A DNA stretch of 64,000 nt from Coriobacteriia bacterium (GTDB taxonomy: Bacteria > Actinomycetota > Coriobacteriia > Coriobacteriales > UBA8131), in contig WRHL01000001.1 in the NCBI GenBank assembly GCA_009783245.1, positions 11,878 through 75,877 on the forward strand, given 5' to 3'. The translations under genes and the position numbers were made by a program. Numbering within the stretch: position 1 is the stretch's first letter; each line of letters starts with the position of its first letter. Of the stretch, positions 26,201 to 34,138 are shown piece by piece. Under the pieces are notes generated by a model that worked only from the letters and a program-made list of their open reading frames with translations, did not search any database and had not been told where the DNA came from.

Positions 26201-27262
26201 GCCGTCAACGTTATCCCAGTCCTGTGTGGCGATGCCAAAGTAGATAGCGCTGCGGCTGAATTCCCCGTTGCCCACATTGACCAGGGTGTTGTTGTAGACC
26301 TGGGCGTCTTTGGCAGCATACAGGCCAATGCCCTCCCAGCCTGTGTCGATAATCAGGTTGTTGCGTACAATGCCCCCGATGTTCTCGTAGTAGTTGGGAT
26401 TCGCGTCAAGGTCAAAGAAGTCCGGGCTGGTATCAAAACCGAGCATGATCCCGGCACCGTAGGCGCACTCGACGATGTTGTTCTCTATTATCACGTTGGT
26501 CGCGCCGCCTTTGGCATAGATCGCATTGCTGCAGATGTCATGGATGTAGTTGTTCTGCACCAGCATCCTGTCACCATTGACGTTGTCGATGCCCTCGGCG
26601 TTGTCCTCTCCGTTAAAGGGAGGGGTGAAAGCCTGTCCAGAGTTGTATATCTCGTTATAACGGATGATGATGTCATTGCAGTTGGGCTTGACTTTCACCA
26701 CGTCGTAGCGGGAATCATGCAGTATGCAGTCCTCGATGATGACGTTGGACACGCCGGGCCCAGGCGGGAAGCCAGGCTCCACCCAGTCCCACTCGGTATC
26801 TATGCAGACCGCATAGAACCCGCCCATGACCTCGACCGCCTGCAGTTTGCCGCCTGATGAGCCGGGATAGAACCAGACGCCGGAGTCATCGTCATGGCCG
26901 GGGTCGAAGGTGGTCAGGTCGATTATCGCCCACTCCCCTTTGGCTGACTTTATAGTGATATCAGCTATGCGGACGCGGACATTGATGCCCTCCTGGTAGG
27001 TGCCACCGCGCAAGACTATGGTGTCACCGGGCGATGCAGCGGCCAGTGCAGTGTTGATGCTCTTATAGGGAGCATCTATGGAGCCGGTTGCAGTAGCGTC
27101 ATTGCCATCTGGAGAGACATAGATGCCTGTTGCCGGGTCATCGTAGGTATTGGGGCGTGGCCCAACATTGCCCCCCGCAGCGTATGACAGTGTCAAAATG
27201 GCAGCAAACATCCCTACCGACAACAGTATCGATAGCAGTGCTGCCAACACTTTCTTCATCAT
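23255..27262 (-). CDS. Giant cell-surface protein: signal peptide, right-handed beta-helix (pectate-lyase-like) head, repeated Listeria-Bacteroides-type and bacterial Ig-like modules, C-terminal anchor
   Basis: 1335 aa. MMKKVLAALLSILLSVGMFAAILTLSYA signal peptide. Beta-helix repeats (NVIIEDCILHD, IIIRYNEIYNS, MLVQNNYIHD, NVIIENNIVE). Three FT(E/D)WTISGASITxGxxANPATFxMP modules, two Big_3-like modules and one Big_2-like module. Ends in GAQTGD plus a hydrophobic helix plus RAYRSRSNRQ. Confidence 0.85.
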   Translation of the reverse strand: MMKKVLAALLSILLSVGMFAAILTLSYAAGGNVGPRPNTYDDPATGIYVSPDGNDATATGSIDAPYKSINTALAAASPGDTIVLRGGTYQEGINVRVRIADITIKSAKGEWAIIDLTTFDPGHDDDSGVWFYPGSSGGKLQAVEVMGGFYAVCIDTEWDWVEPGFPPGPGVSNVIIEDCILHDSRYDVVKVKPNCNDIIIRYNEIYNSGQAFTPPFNGEDNAEGIDNVNGDRMLVQNNYIHDICSNAIYAKGGATNVIIENNIVECAYGAGIMLGFDTSPDFFDLDANPNYYENIGGIVRNNLIIDTGWEGIGLYAAKDAQVYNNTLVNVGNGEFSRSAIYFGIATQDWDNVDGCPPSINPNIHNNLISQPSSFTNQMIGIRYITDFHFYPTDIYGDLSALDGMPTMNNNSYYTDGKSAAFTDNRPSSPLSNAGLAAWQAHISGDTGSLEADPTLDADYMPTNPLCSDMGLLYPLIVGAGALSTDKDITAFTLAGESATITGTSISVTVPYGTDVTSLTPAVTHTGASYAPTGAQDFSSSVTYTVTAADSTTKAYAVTVTVAPPPTYSLTVTAGAGGDVSGTTTGSYTETTAISVTATPDTDFHFTEWTISGASITGGNSANPATFAMPAGSVTLTANFEADTVPVTLSSIAVTAGPTKTTYIEGELLDLSGLVVTATYSDSSTANVTSLVSTVPTAGTALDTVGSQSIAVSYTEDSITRSIYFSVTVTAAPPAPVYSISLSIIGTHAFTPAVSGYTAQTGIPVIVSNTGNQPTGALDVTLSGTDAAAFELNAATLASIAVSGTDGFEVAPVTGLTTGTYTATITVSGGFGISEDFVVSFTVADVPTFSLTANAGSGGTLYGTATGYYEEDAAISVTAIADPGSHFTDWTISGASITDGNTANPATFSMPAGAVVLTANFEADAPPVTLESIAVTAGPTKTTYIQGELLDLTGLVVTATYSDSSTANVTSLVSTVPTAGTALDTVGSQVITVSYTQSSITRTTTFSVSVTTAAPPTYSLTATAGAGGTVSGTVTGSYPAGTAISVTAIADPGSHFTDWTISGASITGGDTANPATFSMPAGVVVLTANFEADAPPKKPVTGITVTGASGATSIDTWGGTLQLSATVVPTDAWDKAVTWSIESGSEFASVNSGGRVTALDNGTVVIRATAQDGSGVYGEITLTITGQEEVIVPLIYTTLTNFGTWTGSGTVSGKVDADASKFGRLTLNGNVVNPANYTVTSGSTIITLKESYLKALANGSYIYIAEFSDGYSEYIRLTVSVLGNTNTNTGGSGTGAQTGDEFNQQALLGFGTLLVSTVSALLLMFLRAYRSRSNRQ
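23981..25500. repeat. Intragenic near-identical DNA repeats inside the giant surface-protein gene
   Basis: 24303-24487 vs 25146-25330 (offset 843 bp) differ at about a dozen positions by eye. 23981-24140 vs 24488-24647 (offset 507 bp) are similarly close. 25331-25500 is a more diverged third copy. Confidence 0.85.
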
Positions 27263-27478
27263 TTGATTGTCCCTCTCCCTTTAACGCCATAAATGCTCGG
27301 CTATTACTATCGGCTTCTTAGTAAACGCCGCTCCCCACAGAGACCTCTTTGATTCACAAATTGTTCCTGTATTAATTATATATCCTTCACTTAAAACAAC
27401 AATAAGGCTTATTGATAAAGCGGCATTAAGTGGCACTAAAACTGAGCAACCTGATCGGGCGCCTGATTGGAGCAACCC

Positions 27479-27506
27479 TTGACCGATTCTATTGTGATGG
27501 TAGAAT
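27479..27506 (+). promoter_or_regulatory. Candidate sigma-70-type promoter for the tRNA-Phe/rpmB transcript
   Basis: TTGACC (27479-27484), 16-nt spacer, TAGAAT (27501-27506). Confidence 0.5.
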
Positions 27507-27542
27507 TACAAAGCTGCGCTCAAAACGCAGGGCTTTGAGTTA

Positions 27543-27570
27543 GGTCGGGTAGCTCAGTTGGGTCCGAGCG
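27543..27570 (+). other. tRNA 5'-half look-alike (acceptor 5' strand plus D-arm only)
   Basis: ggtcgggtagctcagttgg matches the first 19 nt of the downstream tRNA-Phe at 18/19 positions, and a GCTC...GAGC D-stem is retained. No anticodon arm, T-arm or 3' acceptor strand follows. Confidence 0.6.
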
Positions 27571-27707
27571 CCCGGAAAACGTGCCAGTGGCACGTTTTCA
27601 GCGAAGGACGGGTGGACGCTTGCGGACACCCCTGGAATGAGCAGCGGTTCCGCTGCTCGGACGGGCAAGATGAACAACTGTTCTCTAGCTCTGACAAGTA
27701 GGTAAAT

Positions 27708-27783
<76 letters not shown>

Positions 27784-27826
27784 CCGTGAACAATGACTGC
27801 GGTCAAGAGGATATAAGGAGTTCGAG

Positions 27827-28015
27827 ATGTCTAAAGTATGTGCGATCTGCGGCAAGCATCCCGTGGCGGGGCGTAACGTCAGCCACTCGCATCGCGTGAC
27901 AAACCGCGTGTATCGTCCCAATGTGCAGAAGGTGACCATCAACCAGGACGGTCACGTCAAGCGTGCCAACGTCTGCACCAAGTGCCTCAAGGCCGGCAAG
28001 GTGGTTCGCGCCTGA
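27827..28015 (+). CDS. rpmB: 50S ribosomal protein L28
   Basis: [36 protein letters not shown]..., 62 aa. TAAGGAG RBS. Confidence 0.9.
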   Translation: MSKVCAICGKHPVAGRNVSHSHRVTNRVYRPNVQKVTINQDGHVKRANVCTKCLKAGKVVRA

Positions 28016-28042
28016 GCGCCAATCCATAAGGCAAACCCTGGC

Positions 28043-28075
28043 GGCCCTCTCATGCAGAGGGCCGTTCTGTTTTGC
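28043..28075 (+). terminator. Intrinsic terminator after rpmB
   Basis: ggccctct-catgc-agagggcc followed by gttctgtttt. Confidence 0.6.
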
Positions 28076-28084
28076 TGAAGGTGA

Positions 28085-29716
28085 TCAGTAATGAAGGATG
28101 ACGGGGGTGCCCACTTCAACCATGAAGTACAGTTCCTGCACGTCATAGTAGTACATGTTCACACAACCGTGTGACCCGTTATAGGTATACAGGTCGCCAC
28201 CAAACCACGGCTGCCAGTTCGCATCGTGCATGCCATGACCAGCCCAGGTGAATGGCAGCCAATACGTGACCCAGGTCTCATACTCTGGCTTGCCGCTTGC
28301 CTGGATCTCACCAACCAGCTTTGCAGGGCTCATTTTATTCAGAACGCTGTAGACACCTTGAGGAGTCGCGCGACCGCCCCAGGGAGCGCCGGTGACCACA
28401 TCTGCTTCAAAGACGTTCTCACCATCTACAAAGTAGAACATGTGTTGCTCGGTCAGGTCTATCTCGATATAGGTCTTGCCCCAGTCAGCCTCTCCGGGCT
28501 GGACGTATTCTACCGCCTCCTGCGCATAGATGGGCTTGCGTGTCAGACCGGTGTGATACCAGAACGCGTCATAGATCTCCCATATCTCGGCTTTCTCGCT
28601 GATCTCCCAACCCCAGGCGCCGCCTTCCACCACATTCTCCACGCCGTGGGCGTCAATAAAACGCCGCGTGGTTCCCACCGTATCATACGTTACCGAAAGG
28701 TTGTGCACCCAGGCTTTCACAGCGGCCAGGTTCAGCGTGTAGTATTCTCCCCCTGCTTCTATGACGTAGTCCCAGAGGACCTCATAGTCATAGTAGCCGT
28801 AGTAGTTATCGTAACCGTAGTAGTCGCTCCAGTTCCTCTCTGAAGCGTGTATGACCCAATCCATGGTTGTCGACGCGTCAAGCTGCACGGTCTTATCCCC
28901 AAAGGTATAGGTCACAGCAAAGCAGGCATAGGTGTTCCAGGTATCGATCTTCTCCAACAGCGCCGCGTTATCTGCGTAGACCTCGGGTGTGGTGTAGCAG
29001 TCGACCTCATTGAGGTCAACCTCCAGGCCCATGACCAGCAAGGCGTCCTGGATCGCCTTCTCTGGCAGCCCCTCGACAAAGGTGCTACCCAGATCCTCAG
29101 GATGGACAACGTACTGGGATCCCTCGAACACCGCATAGGCATCGGTTGGAAGCCGCATCCTTGTCTCGTTATACAGGTCGAGCATCCGCATCTTTGTATT
29201 GAACTTGCTGTTGTCATAACTCACGCTGGGGCTTGTTGTCTGCCTGGTGGCGGCGTCGCTCTTGAATACCGGCACAAACCACAGAAACGGGTTCTGGCTC
29301 TGCAGTATCTTGTCTACCTGCCCGTCGGACACATAACGCAATCCCACATCCCTGGCCGTCAGCAAGAAACGCAGGCCGTCGCGCCCCGTGACCAGCATCT
29401 CGTAACCGTCGACCCGCCTGCTGATGACCCCTTCGACTTCCTCAACGGTCTTCAGCGAGCAATCGGTGCCGTCGATCACGGTCTTGAAGGTGAAGTGGGA
29501 TGAGAAGTAATACACCGAGATGCCGTAGCCGATGATGAGCAGCCCAAAGACAATGCCCAGAGTGATCCACAGAGCCTTGAGCCGGAGCTTGCCCTTCCGT
29601 TCCTCTACAAGCTCTTCTTCCAGCTCTTCCTCTGGTTTGGCTTCCAGCTCTACTAATGGCAACACTATCGGTACTTTAGTATGTATTTTCCTATCATCAT
29701 TCATCGTGGGAATCAT
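28085..29716 (-). CDS. L,D-transpeptidase (YkuD domain) with N-terminal membrane anchor
   Basis: C-terminal YkuD signature ...GHGMHDANW...YNGSHGCVNM. TM helix LWITLGIVFGLLIIGYGISVYYF. Start re-set to ATG 29716 (MIPTMNDD...), because the listed 29953 start reads through repeat locus R2. Confidence 0.8.
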   Translation of the reverse strand: MIPTMNDDRKIHTKVPIVLPLVELEAKPEEELEEELVEERKGKLRLKALWITLGIVFGLLIIGYGISVYYFSSHFTFKTVIDGTDCSLKTVEEVEGVISRRVDGYEMLVTGRDGLRFLLTARDVGLRYVSDGQVDKILQSQNPFLWFVPVFKSDAATRQTTSPSVSYDNSKFNTKMRMLDLYNETRMRLPTDAYAVFEGSQYVVHPEDLGSTFVEGLPEKAIQDALLVMGLEVDLNEVDCYTTPEVYADNAALLEKIDTWNTYACFAVTYTFGDKTVQLDASTTMDWVIHASERNWSDYYGYDNYYGYYDYEVLWDYVIEAGGEYYTLNLAAVKAWVHNLSVTYDTVGTTRRFIDAHGVENVVEGGAWGWEISEKAEIWEIYDAFWYHTGLTRKPIYAQEAVEYVQPGEADWGKTYIEIDLTEQHMFYFVDGENVFEADVVTGAPWGGRATPQGVYSVLNKMSPAKLVGEIQASGKPEYETWVTYWLPFTWAGHGMHDANWQPWFGGDLYTYNGSHGCVNMYYYDVQELYFMVEVGTPVILHY

Positions 29717-29791
29717 GGTACCTGATTTGCCCGTTTTCAGCCAAGGAGAATGCGCCTGAGAGACAGGGCTTCTTTTATATTTCACGAGAAT

Positions 29792-29846
29792 ATGACAAAG
29801 GGGACGGTCCCTTTTGTCATACCCTTTGTCATGCGACAAAGGGGTG
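29792..29846. repeat. GACAAAGGGGACGG-family element (locus R2)
   Basis: atgacaaaggggacggtcccttttgtcat (self-complementary) followed by accctttgtcatgcgacaaaggggt. Lies between the L,D-transpeptidase start and the ABC exporter stop. Confidence 0.85.
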
Positions 29847-29873
29847 GGGCAGAAACAGAAGCGCTGATCCAGT

Positions 29874-31685
29874 TTATTGGTCCACCAAAAAGGCGCCGGT
29901 CTGGCGACTCCAGAGATAGGCGTACTCGCCACCCGCTTTGACCAGCTGGGCATGGGTGCCGTCTTCCACTATGCGGCCACCGGAGAGCACGATGATGCGA
30001 TCGAGGCTGGCGATGGTGGAAAGCCGATGCGCCACCACCAGGGAGGTGCGGCCCTCCATGAGGTTGCGCAGCGCTTCCTGAATCAGCCGCTCGCTCTCAG
30101 AGTCCAGGGCTGCCGTTGCCTCGTCCAGCACCAGTATGGGGCGATTTGCCAGTATGGCGCGGGCGATGGCCACGCGCTGGCGCTGCCCACCGGAGAGCTT
30201 GACGCCCCGCTCGCCGGTGATGGTCTCAAAGCCCTGGGGCAACTGCTCGATGAACTCCAGCGCGTTGGCCTTGACGGCCGCGTCGCGTATCTGCTCCTCA
30301 GTTGCGCAGGGGAAACCGTAGGCGATGTTCTCGCGCACCGTGCGGTGGAAAAGCAGCGGCTCCTGGGGTACGTAGGCGATCTGTTGGCGCAGGCTGACCT
30401 GGGTGACCTGGGAGATGTCTTGGCCATCGATGCAGATGTTGCCCTGTTGCAGGTTGGAAAGCCGCAGGAGCAGCGTGGTCAGCGTGGTCTTGCCGGACCC
30501 GGAACGCCCCACCAGCCCCAGGCGTTGCCCCGCGGGAATGTGCAGGGAGAAATCGCGGAAGACCTTGCTTTCCTCGTTAGCGTCTGCGTACCAGAAAGTC
30601 AGGTTGTTGCAGTCGATGGCCCCCTTTGTCACCGCGAGGTCCTGGGCCTGGGGGACATCTGCCACCAGCGTGGGTTCGTCGAGGACGAGGGTCATGTCAT
30701 GCGCGTCGCCAAAGCCGCGGTTGATCTGCTGGAAGGTCATATTGATGCGGTTGAACTGCATGGTGAGCGCGTAGGTGTAGCTGAAGAGCATGATGAGGGT
30801 GCCGGCGCTGATGCCGAACCAGGCGTTGCCGCCGGTGATGAAGATGACCACCAGTGTCATGATGACCACGATGATGGTGCTGGTGATGGCGCCGCGCAGT
30901 GTTGAGGAGCGCATGCGGCGCGAATCGGCGGCCACTACGTCGCGGTTGGCGGAGTCGAAGATGCCGCGCTCGTAGGCCTCGCGGCCGTAGGTCTTGACCG
31001 CCTGGATGTTGGTGATGCTGTCGGAAAGCTCGCCTGAAAGCGCGTTTTGCGCACTGGCCGCGCCGCGGTTAAGTGGCAGGACGCGCTTGTACAGGAGGTA
31101 AGCCGCGACCACGTAGATGACGAGCAGTGCGCTGAGGATGGCCACGTAGAGGGGCACGGTGCCCACCAGCATGACGATGGTGAAGGTGGCGGAGAGCACA
31201 ATGGGGAAGACGGCGTAGATGAGGCATTCCATGAGCGTGGCGTAGCCGCTCATGAACTTCTGGGTCTGGCTGACCAGCGAGCCGCCAAAGCGGTTGGAGT
31301 GAAAGGTCATGGACTGGTTGGAGAGCGTGTCGAAGGCGCGGGTTGCCAGCAGGTAGCTAGCGCGGATCTCCAGCTTCCACACGCTGTAGTCCTGGAGCTT
31401 GCTACCCAGCTGCCCTAGTACATTGGCACCCACCAGCATGAGGATGTAGGGGCCAAAGACGGTGAAGACCTCCTGGGAGCCGATGTGGGATTCTGCTACT
31501 TTGTCGACGATAAGAGCGATCACATAGGGGTTCACAAAGGTGAGGAAGAAGACAAAGGCGAGAGTTGAGATGACCGCGAGCAGGAACATGGGCCATTGGA
31601 CTCGGGTGGCCTGCCAGTAATAATGCAATGTGCGGAGGATGGTGGAAGGCTTCTTGGGGCTTTCTGGCGTTGTTGGTTCAGACAT
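29874..31685 (-). CDS. ABC exporter, fused permease/ATPase (MsbA/ABCB-like)
   Basis: 603 aa. Six-TM N-terminal half. Walker A GRSGSGKTT, signature [14 protein letters not shown], Walker B ILVLDEATAALD. Confidence 0.85.
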   Translation of the reverse strand: MSEPTTPESPKKPSTILRTLHYYWQATRVQWPMFLLAVISTLAFVFFLTFVNPYVIALIVDKVAESHIGSQEVFTVFGPYILMLVGANVLGQLGSKLQDYSVWKLEIRASYLLATRAFDTLSNQSMTFHSNRFGGSLVSQTQKFMSGYATLMECLIYAVFPIVLSATFTIVMLVGTVPLYVAILSALLVIYVVAAYLLYKRVLPLNRGAASAQNALSGELSDSITNIQAVKTYGREAYERGIFDSANRDVVAADSRRMRSSTLRGAITSTIIVVIMTLVVIFITGGNAWFGISAGTLIMLFSYTYALTMQFNRINMTFQQINRGFGDAHDMTLVLDEPTLVADVPQAQDLAVTKGAIDCNNLTFWYADANEESKVFRDFSLHIPAGQRLGLVGRSGSGKTTLTTLLLRLSNLQQGNICIDGQDISQVTQVSLRQQIAYVPQEPLLFHRTVRENIAYGFPCATEEQIRDAAVKANALEFIEQLPQGFETITGERGVKLSGGQRQRVAIARAILANRPILVLDEATAALDSESERLIQEALRNLMEGRTSLVVAHRLSTIASLDRIIVLSGGRIVEDGTHAQLVKAGGEYAYLWSRQTGAFLVDQ

Positions 31686-31924
31686 GGAGCTTCTTCCTTT
31701 GGAAGGCCAGCTTTAGTTTAGCGGCAGCTTGGGTTTGGACTTGCGTAAGCTTTGCGGAAGGCCAGGCAGGCTGCCTGACTATTGTATGCGATTGTGGGCT
31801 ATATGTGGTGGGTAGGTGTTCTGGTAGCAGACTGTTATGGGCGGCTGCGCGCTACACTGAGGGTAGGTATTCCAGTTTTGACAAGGTGATAACTATAGTT
31901 TACACTCCTCACATAAAGATACGG

Positions 31925-32205
31925 ATGACCCATGAGTTCGCCAGTTGGTTAAGGCGGCTGAGAGATAAGCGAGCATCCGACCGAATTGTGAAACGTATTC
32001 GACGTATTGAGCTAGGGAATCTCGGAGACACAAAATCAGTAGGCGCGGTATCCATGAATTCAGGATTGATTATGGCCAGGGATATCGAGTCTATTTCACG
32101 AATGCTCAGAGTGAGATTATTATCCTGTTAGTTGGTGGTAATAAGTCATCGCAGGAGAGAGACATTAGAGAAGCAAGGCGATTACTGAGTGAGTACACTG
32201 ACTGA
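31925..32205 (+). pseudogene. RelE/ParE-superfamily addiction-module killer (HigB-like) toxin, frameshifted
   Basis: Frame 1 gives MTHEFASWLRRLRDKRASDRIVKRIRRIELGNLGDTKSVGAVS, then nonsense to a stop at 32131. The next frame from about 32050 reads IHEFRIDYGQGYRVYFTNAQSEIIILLVGGNKSSQERDIREARRLLSEYTD-stop (32203-32205). Total length is 281 nt, not a multiple of 3. Confidence 0.75.
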
Positions 32206-32218
32206 AAAGGTGGCAGGT

Positions 32219-32506
32219 ATGGCAAGGAAAGAACTGCTTGATTGGGATATTATCGATTACCTTGACAGTGACGAGCGTATAGCAGGGTATCTTGAAGCAG
32301 TATTAGAAGACGATGATCCCTATCTCTTCAAAGTGGCTCTTGGTGACATAGCGCGTGCAAAAGGGGTGTCCGCTTTAGCCAGGGATATCGGGATAACACG
32401 CCCGGGTCTTTACAAGGCTCTTTCATCCGAAGGAAACCCCTCTTTTGACACCGTCCGAAAAGTCATTGATGCCTTTGGCCTCAAGCTTGCGATTACCGTG
32501 AAATAG
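32219..32506 (+). CDS. HTH addiction-module antidote (HigA-like antitoxin)
   Basis: MARKELLDWDIIDYLDSDERIAGYLEAVLEDDDP...GITRPGLYKALSSEGNPSFDTVRKVIDAFGLKL. ATG 32219 has AAAGGTGG upstream and lies 14 nt after the toxin stop. The listed GTG 32189 overlaps the toxin. Confidence 0.75.
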   Translation: MARKELLDWDIIDYLDSDERIAGYLEAVLEDDDPYLFKVALGDIARAKGVSALARDIGITRPGLYKALSSEGNPSFDTVRKVIDAFGLKLAITVK

Positions 32507-32507
32507 G

Positions 32508-33071
32508 ATGTGTAAACTGCTGTTTCACAGCATGGTCATGCAATACATCTCTGATGCACTTGTGGTCATTGAAATCTCTGATGCACTTGGTAGTGACGCC
32601 GCTCTGGTACTTGCCATCATCTTGCATGCTGCGGTGATCGGCATCCTGCTGACCATCAGCCTGATCGATGCGCGTACCTCGGAGATCCCCAATTGGCTGA
32701 ATGTCGCGTTGTTGGGGTGTGGGGTAGTGGCGGTCTTTGCTATCCCAGCGGTCGCGCTTGTCAGCCGCGTTATTGGTTTGTTCTGCGTGAGCGTGCCCCT
32801 GCTGCTGATCAACCTCATTGCCCGCGACGCCTTTGGGGGCGGCGACATCAAGCTCATGGCTGCCGCAGGCTTCCTGCTTGGCTGGCAGGGAGCGCTGCTT
32901 GCTACCTGCATTGGCATGCTGATAGGCGGGATCTATGCCGCCTGGCTTATAGTTATTGAGAGGAAGGGCAGAAAGGAGCACTTCCCTTTTGGCCCGGCGC
33001 TTTGTATGGGTATAGCAACTGCCCTCTTCTTTGGTACCACGTTGATGGATTGGTACTTTCTCGGTTCGTAG
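32508..33071 (+). CDS. Prepilin (type IV leader) peptidase, A24 family, short form
   Basis: Polytopic membrane protein with both Asp motifs in context (LIDARTSEIPN and FGGGDIKLMAAAG). Exact start uncertain (several in-frame Met). Confidence 0.7.
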   Translation: MCKLLFHSMVMQYISDALVVIEISDALGSDAALVLAIILHAAVIGILLTISLIDARTSEIPNWLNVALLGCGVVAVFAIPAVALVSRVIGLFCVSVPLLLINLIARDAFGGGDIKLMAAAGFLLGWQGALLATCIGMLIGGIYAAWLIVIERKGRKEHFPFGPALCMGIATALFFGTTLMDWYFLGS

Positions 33072-33155
33072 AAATATTACGTAGTTGTTATATTATTACC
33101 TATTGGATATACTCTGAGAGCGAGTAATACTAGGATAGGCGAAAGGGCGCTGGCG

Positions 33156-33425
33156 ATGAACTATCAAGAATACAGGCGAGAGCGCATGCAGGATCCTGAG
33201 TTTCGCGAAGCTTTCATAGAAAGCGAAGGAGAGTACCAGGCTATGCGAGCGGTCTACCTTGCTAGAAAAGACAAAGGGATAACACAACAGGAGCTTTCTG
33301 CGCTTGCCCATGTCCCTCAGAAAACCATCAGTCAAATCGAGTCTGGAAATATAAACACTTCTGTGAAAACCCTGGCGAAGATAGCGAAAGGCATGAACAA
33401 GAGACTCAAGATAGAGTTTGTTTAG
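33156..33425 (+). CDS. XRE-family HTH protein (antitoxin-like), no adjacent toxin
   Basis: 89 aa: KGITQQELSALAHVPQKTISQIESGNINTSVKTLAKIAKGM. Confidence 0.7.
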   Translation: MNYQEYRRERMQDPEFREAFIESEGEYQAMRAVYLARKDKGITQQELSALAHVPQKTISQIESGNINTSVKTLAKIAKGMNKRLKIEFV

Positions 33426-33572
33426 AGCTATTCTTTCTGAAGGGCGCGCATGGGATGGCCACGCCTGGCATGCGGGTGCCGCGCGCCTTTTTACTACGCG
33501 CTGGGCCGAAGATGCCACTCTTCTTATCCTTCTTGTCCTTCTTACCAACTTTACCTTTTCTTGATAGAGCAC

Positions 33573-33626
33573 TTGACTCTGCGCTTTTACTGTATTATTG
33601 TATTAAGTACTTAGTACAGTAGTACA
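33573..33626 (+). promoter_or_regulatory. Promoter (-35 TTGACT 33573-33578) plus 36-bp palindromic operator (33591-33626), copy B, upstream of the GntR-ABC operon
   Basis: cttgactct, 10 nt, then tgtattattgtattaagtacttagtacagtagtaca. Identical to copy A (5714-5749) at 34/36 positions, with identical spacing to the -35 block. Confidence 0.6.
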
Positions 33627-33703
33627 GAAGGAGTACTGAGGCAGTACGGCAGTACAGAGGTACTGCAAAAGGAACAGGTACGGCAGAGTGAAGGAGGTGT
33701 GCA

Positions 33704-34138
33704 TTGAACTGGACATTTACCGCCGACCGGCCTATCTATGCTCAGCTGGTTGAGTTGATCCAAAGGGGGATACTCAGCGGCGCCTACCCTTTGGGGTCTA
33801 ACATGCCCAGCGTTCGCGTGCTGGCGCTTGAGGCCAGCGTGAATCCCAACACCATGCAGAAAGCATTGGCTGAGCTAGAAGCCCAGGGGCTTTTGAACAC
33901 GCAGCGGACGAGTGGTCGGACAGTGACAACGGATGAAGGGTTGATTATGGAAGTGAAGCAGCGCATCGCCGGCGCGTACATCGAGCAGTATTTCACGGGG
34001 ATGCAGAGTTTGGGGATCGAGCGCGATGCGGCGGCTGATATGCTGATGTCTCAGGCCAGCCGTCCTGCGGACCCGCCCAGCATTGACACAGATAGCGCTG
34101 GAACAGCAGCGCCTGAGACGGTAACGGAGGTGAGCTAG
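33704..34138 (+). CDS. GntR-family transcriptional regulator, YtrA-like (short C-terminal domain)
   Basis: PIYAQLVELIQRGILSGAYPLGSNMPSVRVLALEASVNPNTMQKALAELEAQGLL winged HTH. TTG start after GAAGGAGGTG. Confidence 0.8.
   Translation: MNWTFTADRPIYAQLVELIQRGILSGAYPLGSNMPSVRVLALEASVNPNTMQKALAELEAQGLLNTQRTSGRTVTTDEGLIMEVKQRIAGAYIEQYFTGMQSLGIERDAAADMLMSQASRPADPPSIDTDSAGTAAPETVTEVS

Noticed and set aside
27543-27707. A complete second tRNA, an intron-containing tRNA, tmRNA, SRP RNA or RNase P RNA upstream of tRNA-Phe
   Set aside because: Only the acceptor 5' strand and D-arm are present. I found no T-arm (GTTCRA), no complementary 3' acceptor strand, and none of the conserved SRP or RNase P blocks I know. 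At 165 nt it is too short for a group I intron. Kept as a tRNA-like fragment.
29717-29953. N-terminal 79 residues of listed ORF 28085-29953
   Set aside because: They read straight through repeat locus R2 (HDKGYDKRDRPLCH peptide). The protein makes sense from ATG 29716, just before the charged region and TM anchor.
31628-31924. First ~99 codons of listed ORF 31628-32131
   Set aside because: The sequence (MCGGWWKASWGFLALLVQTW...) overlaps the start of the divergent ABC exporter and has no coding features. Only the part from 31925 resembles a toxin.
33096-33572. 158-aa minus-strand ORF
   Set aside because: It is antisense to the well-formed XRE gene (33156-33425) and extends across a terminator-like hairpin and the GntR promoter. 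It is Arg-rich with no motifs.
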